A stretch of DNA of 64,000 bases from Lama guanicoe (lineage: Eukaryota). Every line of letters starts with the position of its first letter. The stretch's first letter is position 1. A program made the translations under genes and the position numbers. The stretch spans positions 2,338,324-2,402,323 of the forward strand of contig MU053559.1 of NCBI GenBank assembly GCA_013239625.1. The letters are read 5' to 3'. Shown here piece after piece: positions 50,660 to 62,405 of this stretch. The notes beneath the pieces were generated by a model. The model saw nothing but the letters and a program-made list of their open reading frames with translations. It made no database searches and was not told the DNA's origin.

Positions 50660-51030
50660 CGCCCTCATTTATCAAAGAGGGAGCCAGAATAGAAAGTGAC
50701 CAAGGGATTTGCCCAAAGTCCAACAACTAATTAGTGGCGGGACTGGTCCTAAAACTGTAATCTCTTGATAGCCAACTAAGTGCTTCCTCCCCTACATGAA
50801 TGCTACTAATAGTACACAACACTAATTGATTGAAGAATTTCTGTGTGTCAGGCACTCTGCGAAGCATTTTACATTCACTGGGGCAGGTACTATCATTATC
50901 CTAATTTTACAAGCCAGGAAACCAAAGCTTGGAGAATAATTTGTCTGAAGTCACACGCCAGGTAAATGATAGAGCTGGGCTTCCAATCCAGCATTCGGAC
51001 TTCAGAGACCTTTATCTTAAGCACTGGATT
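50660..51030 (-). mobile_element. Two adjacent MIR fragments
   Basis: gatttgcccaaagtccaacaactaattagtggc and attttacaagccaggaaaccaaagcttggaga...gtcacacg. Confidence 0.7.
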
Positions 51031-51689
51031 CTAAGAAGGATGAAATATAGGTCAATTAAATATGAGTAAAATGAATACCTTACACAACAACGGATTTAAT
51101 TCATATCTGTCTTCTTGATCACTCATTTGAACTGAAAAAGAACTGATTCCCAGAAGCTACAATTGTTAAGGATTCAATCAGCTGGCCCTTGGTCCAGTTC
51201 AGAAGATGTGTATAGATGTAGTCTGCCACTTTGGGGCTTTGGAAACCAGCATTAACACCTTGTCACTAGCTACATGTTTGGCAAAATTCTCTTTTTTCCT
51301 GTAGGTTCACGTATAACTTAAGCCCAGAGCTTTTTTGCAATAAAAGTATCCATATGGTATTTTCTCAGTTACATTTGAATGATTGATGTGTTGTTTAGCA
51401 AGAACTGTTTGCTTCATAAGGAGTCTGAGAATGCATATCTTTTCTGTTTGAAAAAAAATGTTTTTGGCAAATGAAATGAGTCATTCAAGTATATCTCTTC
51501 TATAAAGCCTTCCTTTACAAATCCCAGTCCTCAGTGACTCACTCCTTTTTCACTGTATTTATTTGATATATGGTAAAGTATGTTGAATACTACTATATAC
51601 TAGACACAAAGGGCATACAAATTAACAAAATAGAGTCTGACTTTAAGAAGTTCAAAACAATGGCGATATAAGTTGATAAGTCATCTTCA

Positions 51690-52180
51690 TTAAGTCAGTT
51701 TTGATTAAGTGTTGACATTGTGCCAGGTGAACCAACTGGAGAGTTCCTGTCTTCAAGATCCCACAGTTCAGCAGGGGAGGCAGCTCCCAAACTGGGAAAC
51801 ACACTGAGGAAAGTGATCTGAACAAAATGAGGAGACTGTTGTCATCCAGGAATGGCCTGAGGATGGAGAGCTGAAGAGAGGACCATTTCTCAAGGGAAGA
51901 GGATCAGGGAAGATCCCCGACATGGTAACATTTAAACAACCAGACATGTGAGGGCTGGGGAGGAGAGGAGATGCATGACAGAGAAAACCGAAAGTGCAAA
52001 GGCCCTGAGGTGGGACAGAGCTTGGCACATACTAGGAATTAACGGCAGGCTAATGTGATTGCAGCGTGGTGATCCCAGGTACTGGGTGGTGTTAGGGGAC
52101 AAGGAAAGCAGGGGCCAGATCATGGCAGCCTTGAAAACCATGGTAAAGATTTCACTCTGAGTAGGATGAACAGCTGTGGA
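51690..52180 (-). mobile_element. L2 fragment
   Basis: gtgcaaaggccctgaggtgggacagagcttggcaca...ggggccagatcatggcagccttg. Confidence 0.8.
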
Positions 52181-52184
52181 GAGG

Positions 52185-52330
52185 GGATGGTGTAGGGCTG
52201 AGATCCAGAGCTCTAGAGCCATGCTGTCTGGCTTCATTTCTCACCCCAACCCCTTCGTGGATCCATCATCTTGGATAAGCAACTTAACCTTTCCATGCCT
52301 CACCTTGCTCACCTATAAAATGAAATAACA
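52185..52330 (+). mobile_element. MIR SINE fragment
   Basis: aagcaacttaacctttccatgcctcaccttgctcacctataaaatgaaataa. Confidence 0.75.
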
Positions 52331-52464
52331 AAGCCAGATGTTATAAGAGGCTCATCTTCCTGGTACAAGTCCCAGGGCTGGAGTGTCTGATATGGGGCTC
52401 AAACACCTTGCTCCTTAGGGAGGACCTTTGTGTTTGTGATATCTCCTCCCACATGTGGGTCGTC

Positions 52465-53400
52465 AAGTCAACAAGGAAATGGAAGATTTGAACAACACCA
52501 GCTAGAACTAACAAGACATTTTTAGACCACTCCATGCAACAACAGCCGAATGCACATTCTTTTAAAGTACACAGAGGACAGTCTCCAGGATAGACCATAT
52601 GTGGAGTCTTAAAACAAGCCTCAATAAATGTTAAAGGGTTGAAGTCATACACGATATGTTCTCTGATCACAATGGAATGAATTTAGAAATCAACAACAGG
52701 AAAAAATTGTGAAACTCACAAGTATGTGGAAATCAAATAATACACTTGTAAGTAACTAATGGATCAAAGAATAAGTCACAAAGGAAATTAGAAAATACTT
52801 CGAGATGACTGAAAGTGAAGATACAATACACCAAAACTTGTGGAGTGTAGCTAAAGCAGTGATTAGAGAGAAATTTATAGCTCTAAACAGCTAAATTTTA
52901 AAAAAGAAAGATCTCAGACAGTAACCTAACCATCTACTTTAAGGAACTAGAAAAAGAAGAGCAAATTAAACCCAAAGAAGCAGAAGGAAGAAGATAATAA
53001 ACATCAGAGCAGACTTTCATGAAATAAAGAATACAAAACTGATAGAGAAAATCAGTAAGATTGAACATTGGTTCTTTAAAAACATCATCAAAATGGACAA
53101 GCCTTTAGCTAGACTGATCAAGATAAAAAGAGAGAAGACTCAAATTACTAAATGTGATATGAAAGAGGGAATGTTATTACCAACCTTACAGAAATAAAAA
53201 AGAATTCTAAGGAAATACTATGAACAACCGTATGCTGACAAATTAGATAGCAACTTAGATGAAACGGAAAAGTTCCTAGCAAGACACAAACTAACAACAT
53301 TGATTACAATGAAAATAAGAGAGTGAAGCAGTCCTTTAAAAAAATTCCCACAAAGAAAAGCCCGTTCACAGATAGATTTACTGATAAATTCGACTAGTTA
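52465..53400 (+). mobile_element. L1 ORF2 remnant (end of endonuclease and linker), preceded by an opposite-strand L1 5' UTR-like piece at about 52345-52463
   Basis: aggatagaccatatg (RIDH), tctgatcacaatgga (SDHNG), aacttgtggagtgtagctaaagcagtg (NLW..AKAV). Confidence 0.88.
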
Positions 53401-53814
53401 TTTGAGCTTGTAAGATTCAAACGATGAGTTAAAACTATCAGCTTGGTTATTGCGAAAGCTGTTTTGGATGATGAAGCTTAGGTGGCTGGCAGACCAGGCT
53501 TCCTGATGCAGCATCGAGGCATTTGGGAGAATTATCTGCTTGTCACAGACCTCTCCTGTGGAAACTCACAGCTCTCTGCAGGCGGATGCCAGAAAGAGAA
53601 AGGAACCGAGTTCCAAAAACTTGCCCAGTTATTTCTCCCACTCTCATCTACAAGGTAAATTTGAGTAAGGGCTGGACAGAGGCCAGAAGTGTGACCACAG
53701 GCAACCCGGAGGCGTGGGACCTCCAGCCAAACTGTAGCCAATTTGTCTATATGTAAACTAAAGTATCCTTTAAAAATAGTGAGATGTTGCACTGGAAAGC
53801 TTCATTTCTTTGGA

Positions 53815-53925
53815 GTTGGTGCAATACAGTGAAAGAACCCCAGTTTAGGCGTTAGGAGACCTGGTGGCCCATCCCCGTTCTGCCCGTGTGTGACCATGGG
53901 CGTCACATTTCATGCCTCTGAGCCA
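53815..53925 (+). mobile_element. MIR fragment
   Basis: tgtgtgaccatgggcgtcacatttcatgcctctgagcc. Confidence 0.6.
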
Positions 53926-54297
53926 GTTGTTAATTACTGTATCCAAAATTCTACCAATAAAAATTCTTCATGAGAACAGCTTAAAAACAAAATAAAATGA
54001 AAATTTCCACTTACAGAAAAATGAAGAAAAGTCTTTCTTAAATGATTTCCTTCCTCTGGATTTATTTCCCTAAGCTTACCAACCTAAGCCATTGATTTTC
54101 ATTATTGTATATGTTAAGTGGAATTCATATGGTCTTTTGTGTTTTTCCTCCCCTACTCCACTCAATTTCTTACACCCTGTTATTCTTTCTTCTTCCCATG
54201 TGTTTTTACTTGAGGAAACTTTTCATTTTGTTTGTTAGGTTTACCTCATATTTATACATTCCAACCTCCTTTAACCTACACATTCTCCAATAAAGCA

Positions 54298-54385
54298 ACA
54301 GGAAAAAAGAAAGAGAGAGGGAGAAGGGAGGTAGGAAAGGAGGAAAGGAACACAGGAAAGGAGGAAGGAAAAAAGAAAGAAAAAA
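54298..54385. repeat. GA-rich low-complexity tract
   Basis: Purine-rich ggaa/gaaa repeats. Confidence 0.85.
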
Positions 54386-55741
54386 TTTAAAGCTATTTTG
54401 CATTGCTTTTATTCATTTTTTTTAAGTATAAAGCACACTTGTCGTTGGTGTATGTTTATTTATTTGTCTAATTATTCATTCACATCTCTATCATGTCATC
54501 TAAGTAAGCTCCATTAGGGCAGAAACTACAGTGGTTTGTCCAGTTTTGTTTACTACTTATGTTTTGCTTGGGGCTGAGCGTAAAAGTGGGTAATTTTAAA
54601 AAGTTCAATAATTATTTTAAAGAAACCCAAGCAGCATAAGTTTCTCATTATAAAACAGTGATGATTTTCATCAATTGTGAGAATGTATTCTTTTTTTCCC
54701 GCACTTTCTTCCAGGTAAGCCTGCAACATTTCCCCTCTGGCCCTTATGTTGCCACTTAATTCACTCAATTCAGCAAAATAATCAACCAATTCAGCTAAAA
54801 AAAAAATACACAATCATTGTTCGGCTGCATTGATCATTAAATTGATTGGCCAAAATAGCACCTCACTTCATCAATCGTGCCGTGAAACACAGCTCAGGGC
54901 TTGATAGAAATGCTTTACTCAGACCCAGAGACACAACCAGCTCTAATTATACGTTGCCTGCGAGTATGTCTATTCAGGGGCATCCATGGTCATTTGAAAC
55001 AGAGGGAGCTATTTGGATCGCCTTAACCTGGCAAAGATGAAAAAACTATCTTGTTGGTATCCATCGTTCCCAAGCCTTAGGGTTTACTCCTCTGGAATGT
55101 TCAGCATTTGTTACACTTGAGAAAATCCAAAAGGTACTAGAGACCAATACTCTGTCATTGCCTCCTTTTTCTCTCCATTTGTGCGTAAACTTCCCATGAA
55201 GGTCTTGCTTCTTCCCACGAAGAAGACTTGACACATGCATTTTGGCAATTAACAACAGGTAAGGGAACTTTTTTCTCCTAAGTTTTGCTCAGGGCAAACA
55301 GCAGTACTTTCCAGACCTCTGGAAGTTCCCTAAGATTGGCAATTACTATGGGCTGGGTTTTTTTTTAAGTCCTGGCAGTATTTCCACATTTGTTCTATTC
55401 ATAGGGCTGTTATTTTTTGTTCTTGATGAACAAAGAAATTTTCCCCCAACAACTCCAAAAAATCATTTTGCACCATTCCTTCCCTTAATGATCCTTCTTT
55501 TCGAAGTAAAGACAATGCCCTACATAATGCTGCAAACATTTGATCCAAGCTGAAGAACATTTCGTTAAAGCCAGATTTTTGTACCTGTGAATGTATTTCA
55601 CACCAAACTAATGCATCTTAAAAGACTTCTGCAGGCTTCAGTAAGGCTCATTTGACAGTTTTTCACCAGGAGGGAAGAGAATGACGATGTGAGGTGATGA
55701 CAAATATAGTGGAGAGTAGAAGCAGAATGGTGTGGTGTTAG

Positions 55742-55836
55742 TTCTTCTTCTTCTTCTTCTTCTTCTTCTTCTTCTTCTTCTTCTCCTTCTTCTTCTTCTT
55801 CTTCTTCTTCTTTATTATTATCATTATTATTATTTT
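55742..55836. repeat. Compound (TTC)n(TTA)n microsatellite
   Basis: About 23 TTC units with one interruption, followed by TTA units. Confidence 0.97.
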
Positions 55837-56623
55837 ACTAGCCACATGCGAAACAATGGCTTCTTTCCAAAAGAATACAGTAAAGCCAAAAGCTTCAGAT
55901 CACGTCAAGGGTGGTTTTGGCCCCAGTCTACAGTGATTGCTAGGTTAATTCTTTAATCCACTTCTTTCTTCTTTGTTAATAACAACTAAGTATCTGCCAA
56001 TATAATGGTGGAAACATGCAAGCAAGTGTTGTAAGTATTCTCCATGACAGCTGAGCACATCTGGGTGCTCCATCAAAATTTGACCTCAAACTCTTGGGAG
56101 TTTGACCTGAAAACAGAAAAATGTAAAGTTTAGATTAAATGAAGAATTGTATACTTGTTTCTAAAAAGTCCCAGGCTTAACAAACAATTGTTGCAAACAT
56201 AGACTAATCATCGGATTCTATTTTATTTGTTCCTCGCACAAGAGAAAGAAGTCTTAGGCAACAGTTTTTTAAAAAATGTTCTTATCATAAAAGAAAATCC
56301 AGAAACTACTTACTTATTAGCTTTCAACCTATGATGAAATCATAGCTGGGAAGTGGGGCAGGGGGCAGGCTAACTTTCTTTTCCATTAAAATGAGATTAA
56401 AAAAACAGTTAAATGATTAATACACACTGATTGGTTTAATTTTTAATCTTTCTCTTCCATTTTTTATAAATGATCCATGTTATTTCATCACTATTTTAAC
56501 TCCTAATTAAATGAATGTAACTTTTCAGTCATAATAAAATGTGTAAAGCAAGGAAATAAGTAATTTAATTGTCCATGGTCAGCTCTGTTACCAGATTCGA
56601 ATGGGTTTAAAAATACGTGTATT

Positions 56624-56662
56624 CATTGTAACTGACTGTACTTCAATAAAAAAAATGAAAAA
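56624..56662 (+). mobile_element. Ultra-short L1 3' terminus insertion
   Basis: cattgtaactgactgtacttcaataaa plus A tail. 16-bp TSD taaaaatacgtgtatt (56608-56623) / taaaaatatgtgtatt (56663-56678). Confidence 0.85.
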
Positions 56663-57074
56663 TAAAAATATGTGTATTAACACTTGAATGATAATAGTAA
56701 CAGGAAATATAATTTTTTCTGTGGTATTCATCCTAATGGAGTCCAAATTGGATTTCACTGATTTCAGTTTTCCACATTTCACATAGTAGCTATGGTGGTT
56801 CTCTTAAAATTTATGATAATTAAATTCCACCCTCAAGCTAGCTACTCCTGCCCTGCATTCCATTAATGCTCTTAGGTACAGAAAGAAGTGAGTCCTATTA
56901 AAAATAGAGGTCCAGCATGGAGATAAAAAATAATATTCTTAAATTCCCATTTATTTTGAGAGCTTCAATTGTGCTAGGCTGGGCTACACAAGATTACAAA
57001 GAAAATTATTTAACTGTTTCCCTTCTTTTGTTTATTTTTTTAAAAGTCATTATCCCCAAATAGGTGGAGATTTG

Positions 57075-59552
57075 AAACATACTTCTAAATCACACATAGA
57101 TCAAAGAAGTGTCAAGAGAAATTTTGAAGTATTTTGAACTAAATGAAAATGAAAACACAACACACAATCTATCAAAATTTGTGGGTTGTGGCTAAAGCAG
57201 TGCATGTTTTCTAATAAATGCATTCAATGTATATATTAGAAAAGAATAAAAATCTAAAATCAGTAATCTAAAGTTCTACCTTACAAAACTAGAAAAAAAG
57301 GGCAAGTTAAACCAAAGTAAGCAGAAGTTAAGGAATAATAAGAATTAGAGCAGAAATAAGTGAAAATGGAAACAAGAAATCAATAGAAAAAAAAACAATG
57401 AAACCAAAAGTTGGTTCTTTGAAAAAATAGATAAAATTGATATGCCTCTAGCCAGGCTAAGAAGAAAAGAGGCCACAAATTACTAATGTCAGAAATGAAA
57501 CAGGGGGCATCACTACACATCCTATGAACATTAAAAGGATAATAAAAGAATAGTATGAACACCTGTATGCCCACAAATTTGATAACCTAGATGAAATGGG
57601 CCAATTCTCTGAAAGACACAATTTACCAAAACTCACACAAGAAGAAATAAATAATCTGATAGGCTATTAAAGAAATATAATCAATAATTAATGACCTTCC
57701 AAATCAGAAAGCACCAGGCCTAGATGGATTCATGGATGAATTTTACCAACATTTAAGGAAGAAATTACACCAATCCTTTACAATCTTTTTCAGAAAATAA
57801 AAGCAAAGGGTTACTTTAAAAAAAATGTAACACCTTTATTGTGGTATGGTTCTTGTACAATAAGCTACACATATTTCAGATGTACCATTTGATGAATTTT
57901 GATAGATGTGTACACCCATGAAACCATCATTACAATCAAGATAGCTAACATTGCCATCACTTTAACTTATTCTGCGAGGTTACCATTGCCCAAATATCAA
58001 AACCAGAAAAGAAATTACAAGAAAAGAAAACTACAGACCAATATCTCTTATGAACATAAATGCAAAAATCTTCAATAATTATTAGCAAATTAAATCCAAC
58101 AATATATAAAAAGAATTATTCACCATGACCAAGTGGGATTTATGCCAGGTATGCAAGGCTGGTTCAGCATTCAAAAAATCAATTAATGTAATATATCACA
58201 TCACCAGACTAAAAAAAAAAAATCAAATCATCATATCAATAGATTTGAGAAAAACATTTGACAAAATGCAACACACATTCACGATAAAAAAAATTCAGTA
58301 AACTATGAATAGAAGGTAAAATTCTCAAACTAATAAAGAATATCTACAAAAAACGTACAGCTAACATCATACTTAATGATGAGAAACTAGAAGCTTTCCC
58401 ACTAAGGTCAGGTATAAGGCAATGATGTCCCCTCTTACCATGTCTTTTCAACATCATACTGGAAGTTCTAGTTAATGCAATAAGACAAGAAAGGGAAATA
58501 AAACGTGTACAGATTGGGAAGGAAAAATGAAACCATTTCTGTCCACAAATGACATGATCGTCTATGTAGAAAATCCTAAAGAATTCATAAAACACTTTTG
58601 GAACTAGTGAGCTATTATAGCAAGCTCGCAGGATACAAGGTTGATATACAAAAGCTAATCACTTTCTTGTATGTCAGCAATGAACAAGTGAAATTTGCAA
58701 TTAAAAACATGATACCATTTACATTGGCACCCCCCCAAAATGAAATACTTAGGTATAAGTTTAACAAAATATGTGCAGGATCTATATGAGGGAGACTCCA
58801 AAACTCTGATGAAGAAAATCAAAGAAGACCTAAATAAATAGAGGTGCTTAAGTAAAAGAAGAAAAGTTCATGGATACTCAGAGGAAAATATTCATGGATA
58901 GGAAAACTCAGTGATGTTCTTTCCAGCTTGATCTGTAGATTGAATGCAACCAAGACGTCCTTCTGTAGGCGAATGGATAAATAAACTATGATACATTCAG
59001 TCGATGAAACCTTACTCAGCACTAAAAAGAAACGAGCTATCAAGTCATTAAAACACATGTAGGAAACTTAAATCCGTGTTACTATGTGAAAGAAGCCAAT
59101 CTGAAAAGGCTACATGTATAATTGCAACTATATGATCTTCTAGAAAAGGCAAAACGATGGAGGCAGTGAAAAGATTGGTGATTGCCAGGCTTTGTGGCAG
59201 GGGTGGGGGGGAGGAAGGAAATGAATAGAAAAAGCACAGAGCACTTTTAGAGCTGTGAAAATACTCTGTATGATACTATAATGATGGATAAATGTCATTA
59301 TAGATTTGTCCAAGCCCATAGAATGTATAACGGCAAGAATGAACCATAATGTGAACAATGCACTTTGGGTGACAGTGATGTGTCAATGTAGGTTCGTCAG
59401 TTGTAACAAATGTCCCAGTCTGGTGGGGGATGTTGATAATGCGAGAGGCTATTGATGTGTGGAGGTAGGGCAGGGGTACATGGGAAATCTCTATAATTTC
59501 ACTTCAATTTTTCTGTGAATCTAAAGATGCTCTAAAAGTATTCATTTTAAAA
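57075..59552 (+). mobile_element. L1 (L1MC/MB-type) ORF2 remnant plus 3' UTR, with an antisense L1 tail nested at 57820-57958
   Basis: catgaccaagtgggatttatgccaggtatgcaaggctggttc ([14 protein letters not shown]) and ORF 58598 SKLAGYKVDIQK. The nested piece is flanked by actttaa. Confidence 0.92.
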
Positions 59553-59680
59553 GATTATAATTTTTAAGTCATCATGCTTATTTACTCAGTGACAGTGCTG
59601 TGTTAGGCTGTGCTCACCTTCTGGCTCCTCCAGAGGTGCCTAAAACTCTGCTCCAACCGCAGTCAGATTCTGGTGCACCA

Positions 59681-59723
59681 TTCTCTCTTTCTCTTTCTCT
59701 ATCTCTGTCTCTTTCTCACTGTC

Positions 59724-59764
<41 letters not shown>
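59681..59764. repeat. (TC)n microsatellite
   Basis: Degenerate, then pure TC run. Confidence 0.93.
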
Positions 59765-59768
<4 letters not shown>

Positions 59769-59974
59769 ACAGGCTTTTGTAGTGGAAGTAGCGCTCTGTT
59801 GGCCATCAGGAATACCTTTCATTTTTGTCTATTACTTAAGCACCTTGCATAGCCATAAACACCACCAGATCCTCTGTGAATGCTGCCAGAGCCCCTGCAG
59901 TCACGCCAAGGAAGGAGGCAGCAGAAAGTGGAACTTATTTTGAAGGACCGAGTTATTGCTGACTTAACCACACA

Positions 59975-60115
59975 GGCATTTTTCAAAATGTAGTCCTCAC
60001 TCATCTGTAGCAGAATCACTTGGGGCTCTGGTTAAAATGGCCGAAGTGCCAGCTATGGGAGCATGGGAATCTACATTTTTAACCAGATTCTCAGGAGATG
60101 CACATGAACATTTTA
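59975..60115. mobile_element. MER5-type fragment
   Basis: tttttcaaaatgtagtcc...cagaatcacttgggg...gaatctacatttttaaccag. Confidence 0.6.
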
Positions 60116-60366
60116 AAATTGTCATCTTGGAGGTTGGTATGTTGCTCATGTTCAATTACCAACAGCATATGTTGCCCTAAGAAGTATACCTTTGGTATTT
60201 CAGACCTAATATGTGGTAATGTTATTCCTTGAGCACTAACTATATGCTTTAGAAATGGATAATAAGCTCATGTGTTGAGTCTTTCAGACAAACTTAATAC
60301 AAAGGTATGTAAGTTAATAATTTCTTAAGTTTCTTAAGGACACTTAATACAAAATGCCTTGCATCT

Positions 60367-60745
60367 TCTTATGGGCTGTACTGTGTCCCCCCAAAATTCA
60401 TATGTTGAAGCCCTCTTCCCAATGTGATGGTATTTGGAGATAGGGCTGTTGGGCAGTAAATAGGGTTATGTGGGTGGGACCCTCATGATGGGATTAGCGC
60501 CCTTATAAGAAGAGATACCAGAGAGCTTGTTCTCTCTGTTTCTCTGCCATGTGAGGACAAGCCAGGAAGCCAAGCATGAAGGCAGCCATCTACAAGCCAG
60601 TTAGAGGGCCTCACGGGAACCCGAGCATGCTGGCACCTTGATCTTGGATCTCCAACCTCCAGAACCGGGGGAAAATAAATTTCTGTGGTTTAAGCAGCCA
60701 TATCCATGGTATTTTATCATGACAACCTGAGCAGACTCAAAGACA
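60367..60745 (+). mobile_element. MLT1A-type MaLR solo LTR
   Basis: tgtgtccccccaaaattcatatgttgaagccc...cctccagaacc...aataaatttctg...agaca. Confidence 0.9.
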
Positions 60746-60924
60746 TCTCCAACAACAGGTTTGCTTTTCCTTGACATCTGAGTCTCTCACTATGTTTTCC
60801 ACTGCCTGAACTCCTTACTTAAGGAGATTGTACCACACCACATACCCTAGATCATTTCCTGGTTGTCTGTGATTACCATACTCCGAAGTCATGTCCAAAA
60901 AACCCCCAGCTTTATTATATTTTA

Positions 60925-61260
60925 TTTCATCCATTCATCCTGTTATTCATTCATTTGTAAAGAATTTATTGACGCCCGGCTGTGGGCTGGGCCCCACGTT
61001 AAGTGGTGGTAAACAGAGGTGAATCCAGTTTGTGTGTTTCCTGCCTTGATGGAGCTCTCAGTATTATTGGCACATAGTAAATTAATAAGCAGACATGTAA
61101 GCATAAATCATGAAGGAGGAAAAAGGAAGCCAGGAGGGTCTCACGGCAGCACTGACGTTTTAGCTGATTTCAGAAAGATGAGAATGAATCATCCATGCAA
61201 ATAGCCAGTGGAAAGCGTAACAGCTAGAAGGGCAAGTATATAAAAATGTCTAAAAAGGGG
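60925..61260 (-). mobile_element. L2 3' fragment
   Basis: ttcattcatttgtaaagaatttattgacgccc...ccttgatggagctc. Confidence 0.65.
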
Positions 61261-61284
61261 AAAAGACCTTAAACTGAAAGACAG

Positions 61285-61685
61285 TGTGGTGGAACACTGT
61301 CACATGCCACCTGGATCCCCATTCATTGAAGTACTTAGTGTCCCAGCTGCTGAGGATGCTAAGGGCAAACGATTTTCAGTGCTGGCAACTTCAGGCGCCA
61401 TGCCACCAAGATCACATCTTTCCCCAGATCCAGCGATCAATGCATGCGGGGAGTATAAGGCTTGGCCATTTCAAAGAGGGACAACCCCAAAAGGCCATTT
61501 CTAGCCCCAGGGCTCCATGTAGGGTCAGTCTAGTCTGTTTCATTGCAGCTCAATTTCTCTGCATGCCCACGCCCCTCTCTTCTCTTTCTTTCATAAGGAT
61601 TGGTCTCAAGGGGCTCCCCTAATAGACATCCTGCACGTTAAACTCCAGCTCAGAGTCTGCTTCTGGGGAAATTCAAACTATAGTA
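61285..61685 (+). mobile_element. LTR16-type ERVL solo LTR
   Basis: tgtggtgg...cccagctgctgagg...cctgcacgttaaactccagctcagagtctgcttctgggga. Confidence 0.75.
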
Positions 61686-61836
61686 CCCACTGTAGCCAGA
61701 TCCGAGTGACTTAAGGTGAATCAAGAGCAAAAAATTAAGAGTCAGGTGATGCCAGATGTAGTACAGGTTTGAATTTATTTTTAATGTACTGGAGACATTT
61801 GAACGTTTTAAAATAAAGGCATAATACCTCATTCCA

Positions 61837-62028
61837 GGGGGAGGGTATAGTTCAGTGTTAGAGCACATACTTAGCATACACAAAGTCCTGGGTTCAATCC
61901 CTAGCACCTCCATTAAAAAATTAAAATAAATAAATAAACCTAATTACGCCCCCAAAACAAACAAATTTAAAAAAGAAACAAAAGAAACAACAACATCATC
62001 AACAACAACAACAAAAAACCCCCAGACG
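61837..62028 (+). mobile_element. vic-1-type camelid SINE with (CAA)n-rich tail
   Basis: tRNA-Ala-like head. TSD cctcattcca at 61827-61836 and 62029-62038. Confidence 0.92.
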
Positions 62029-62044
62029 CCTCATTCCAATTATT

Positions 62045-62405
62045 AAAAAACATCAGAACAGCATAAATCTAAACCAGGAGACATTTGACAAAATAACTGA
62101 TTAATACTCTTCAAAAATGTCAAGGTCATGAAACATAAGGAAAGAATGAAGAACTTTTGTAGATGGAGGAGATTAAGCAGAAACAACAAATGCACTGTGA
62201 TCTTGGAAGACAAAAAGAACAGTGGGAAAACGACTGAAATCAGCAAAAGGCATGTAGTTTAGTTAATAGTTTGGCACTGAAGTGAGTTTCCTGGTTTTCA
62301 TAAGTGTACCATGGTTATATAAGGTACTGATATGAGGGGAACTTGAATGGGGGGTATAAGGGAACGCTCTTGTAATACTTCTGCAACTTTTCTGAAGTGA
62401 AAATG
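62045..62405 (+). mobile_element. Old L1 (L1MC/ME-type) 3' UTR
   Basis: ctcttcaaaaatgtcaaggtcatgaaa...tgcaacttttctgaagt. Confidence 0.75.

Noticed and set aside
55732..55956. Poly-Leu, signal-peptide-like ORF
   Set aside because: It is the translation of the (TTC)n(TTA)n microsatellite.
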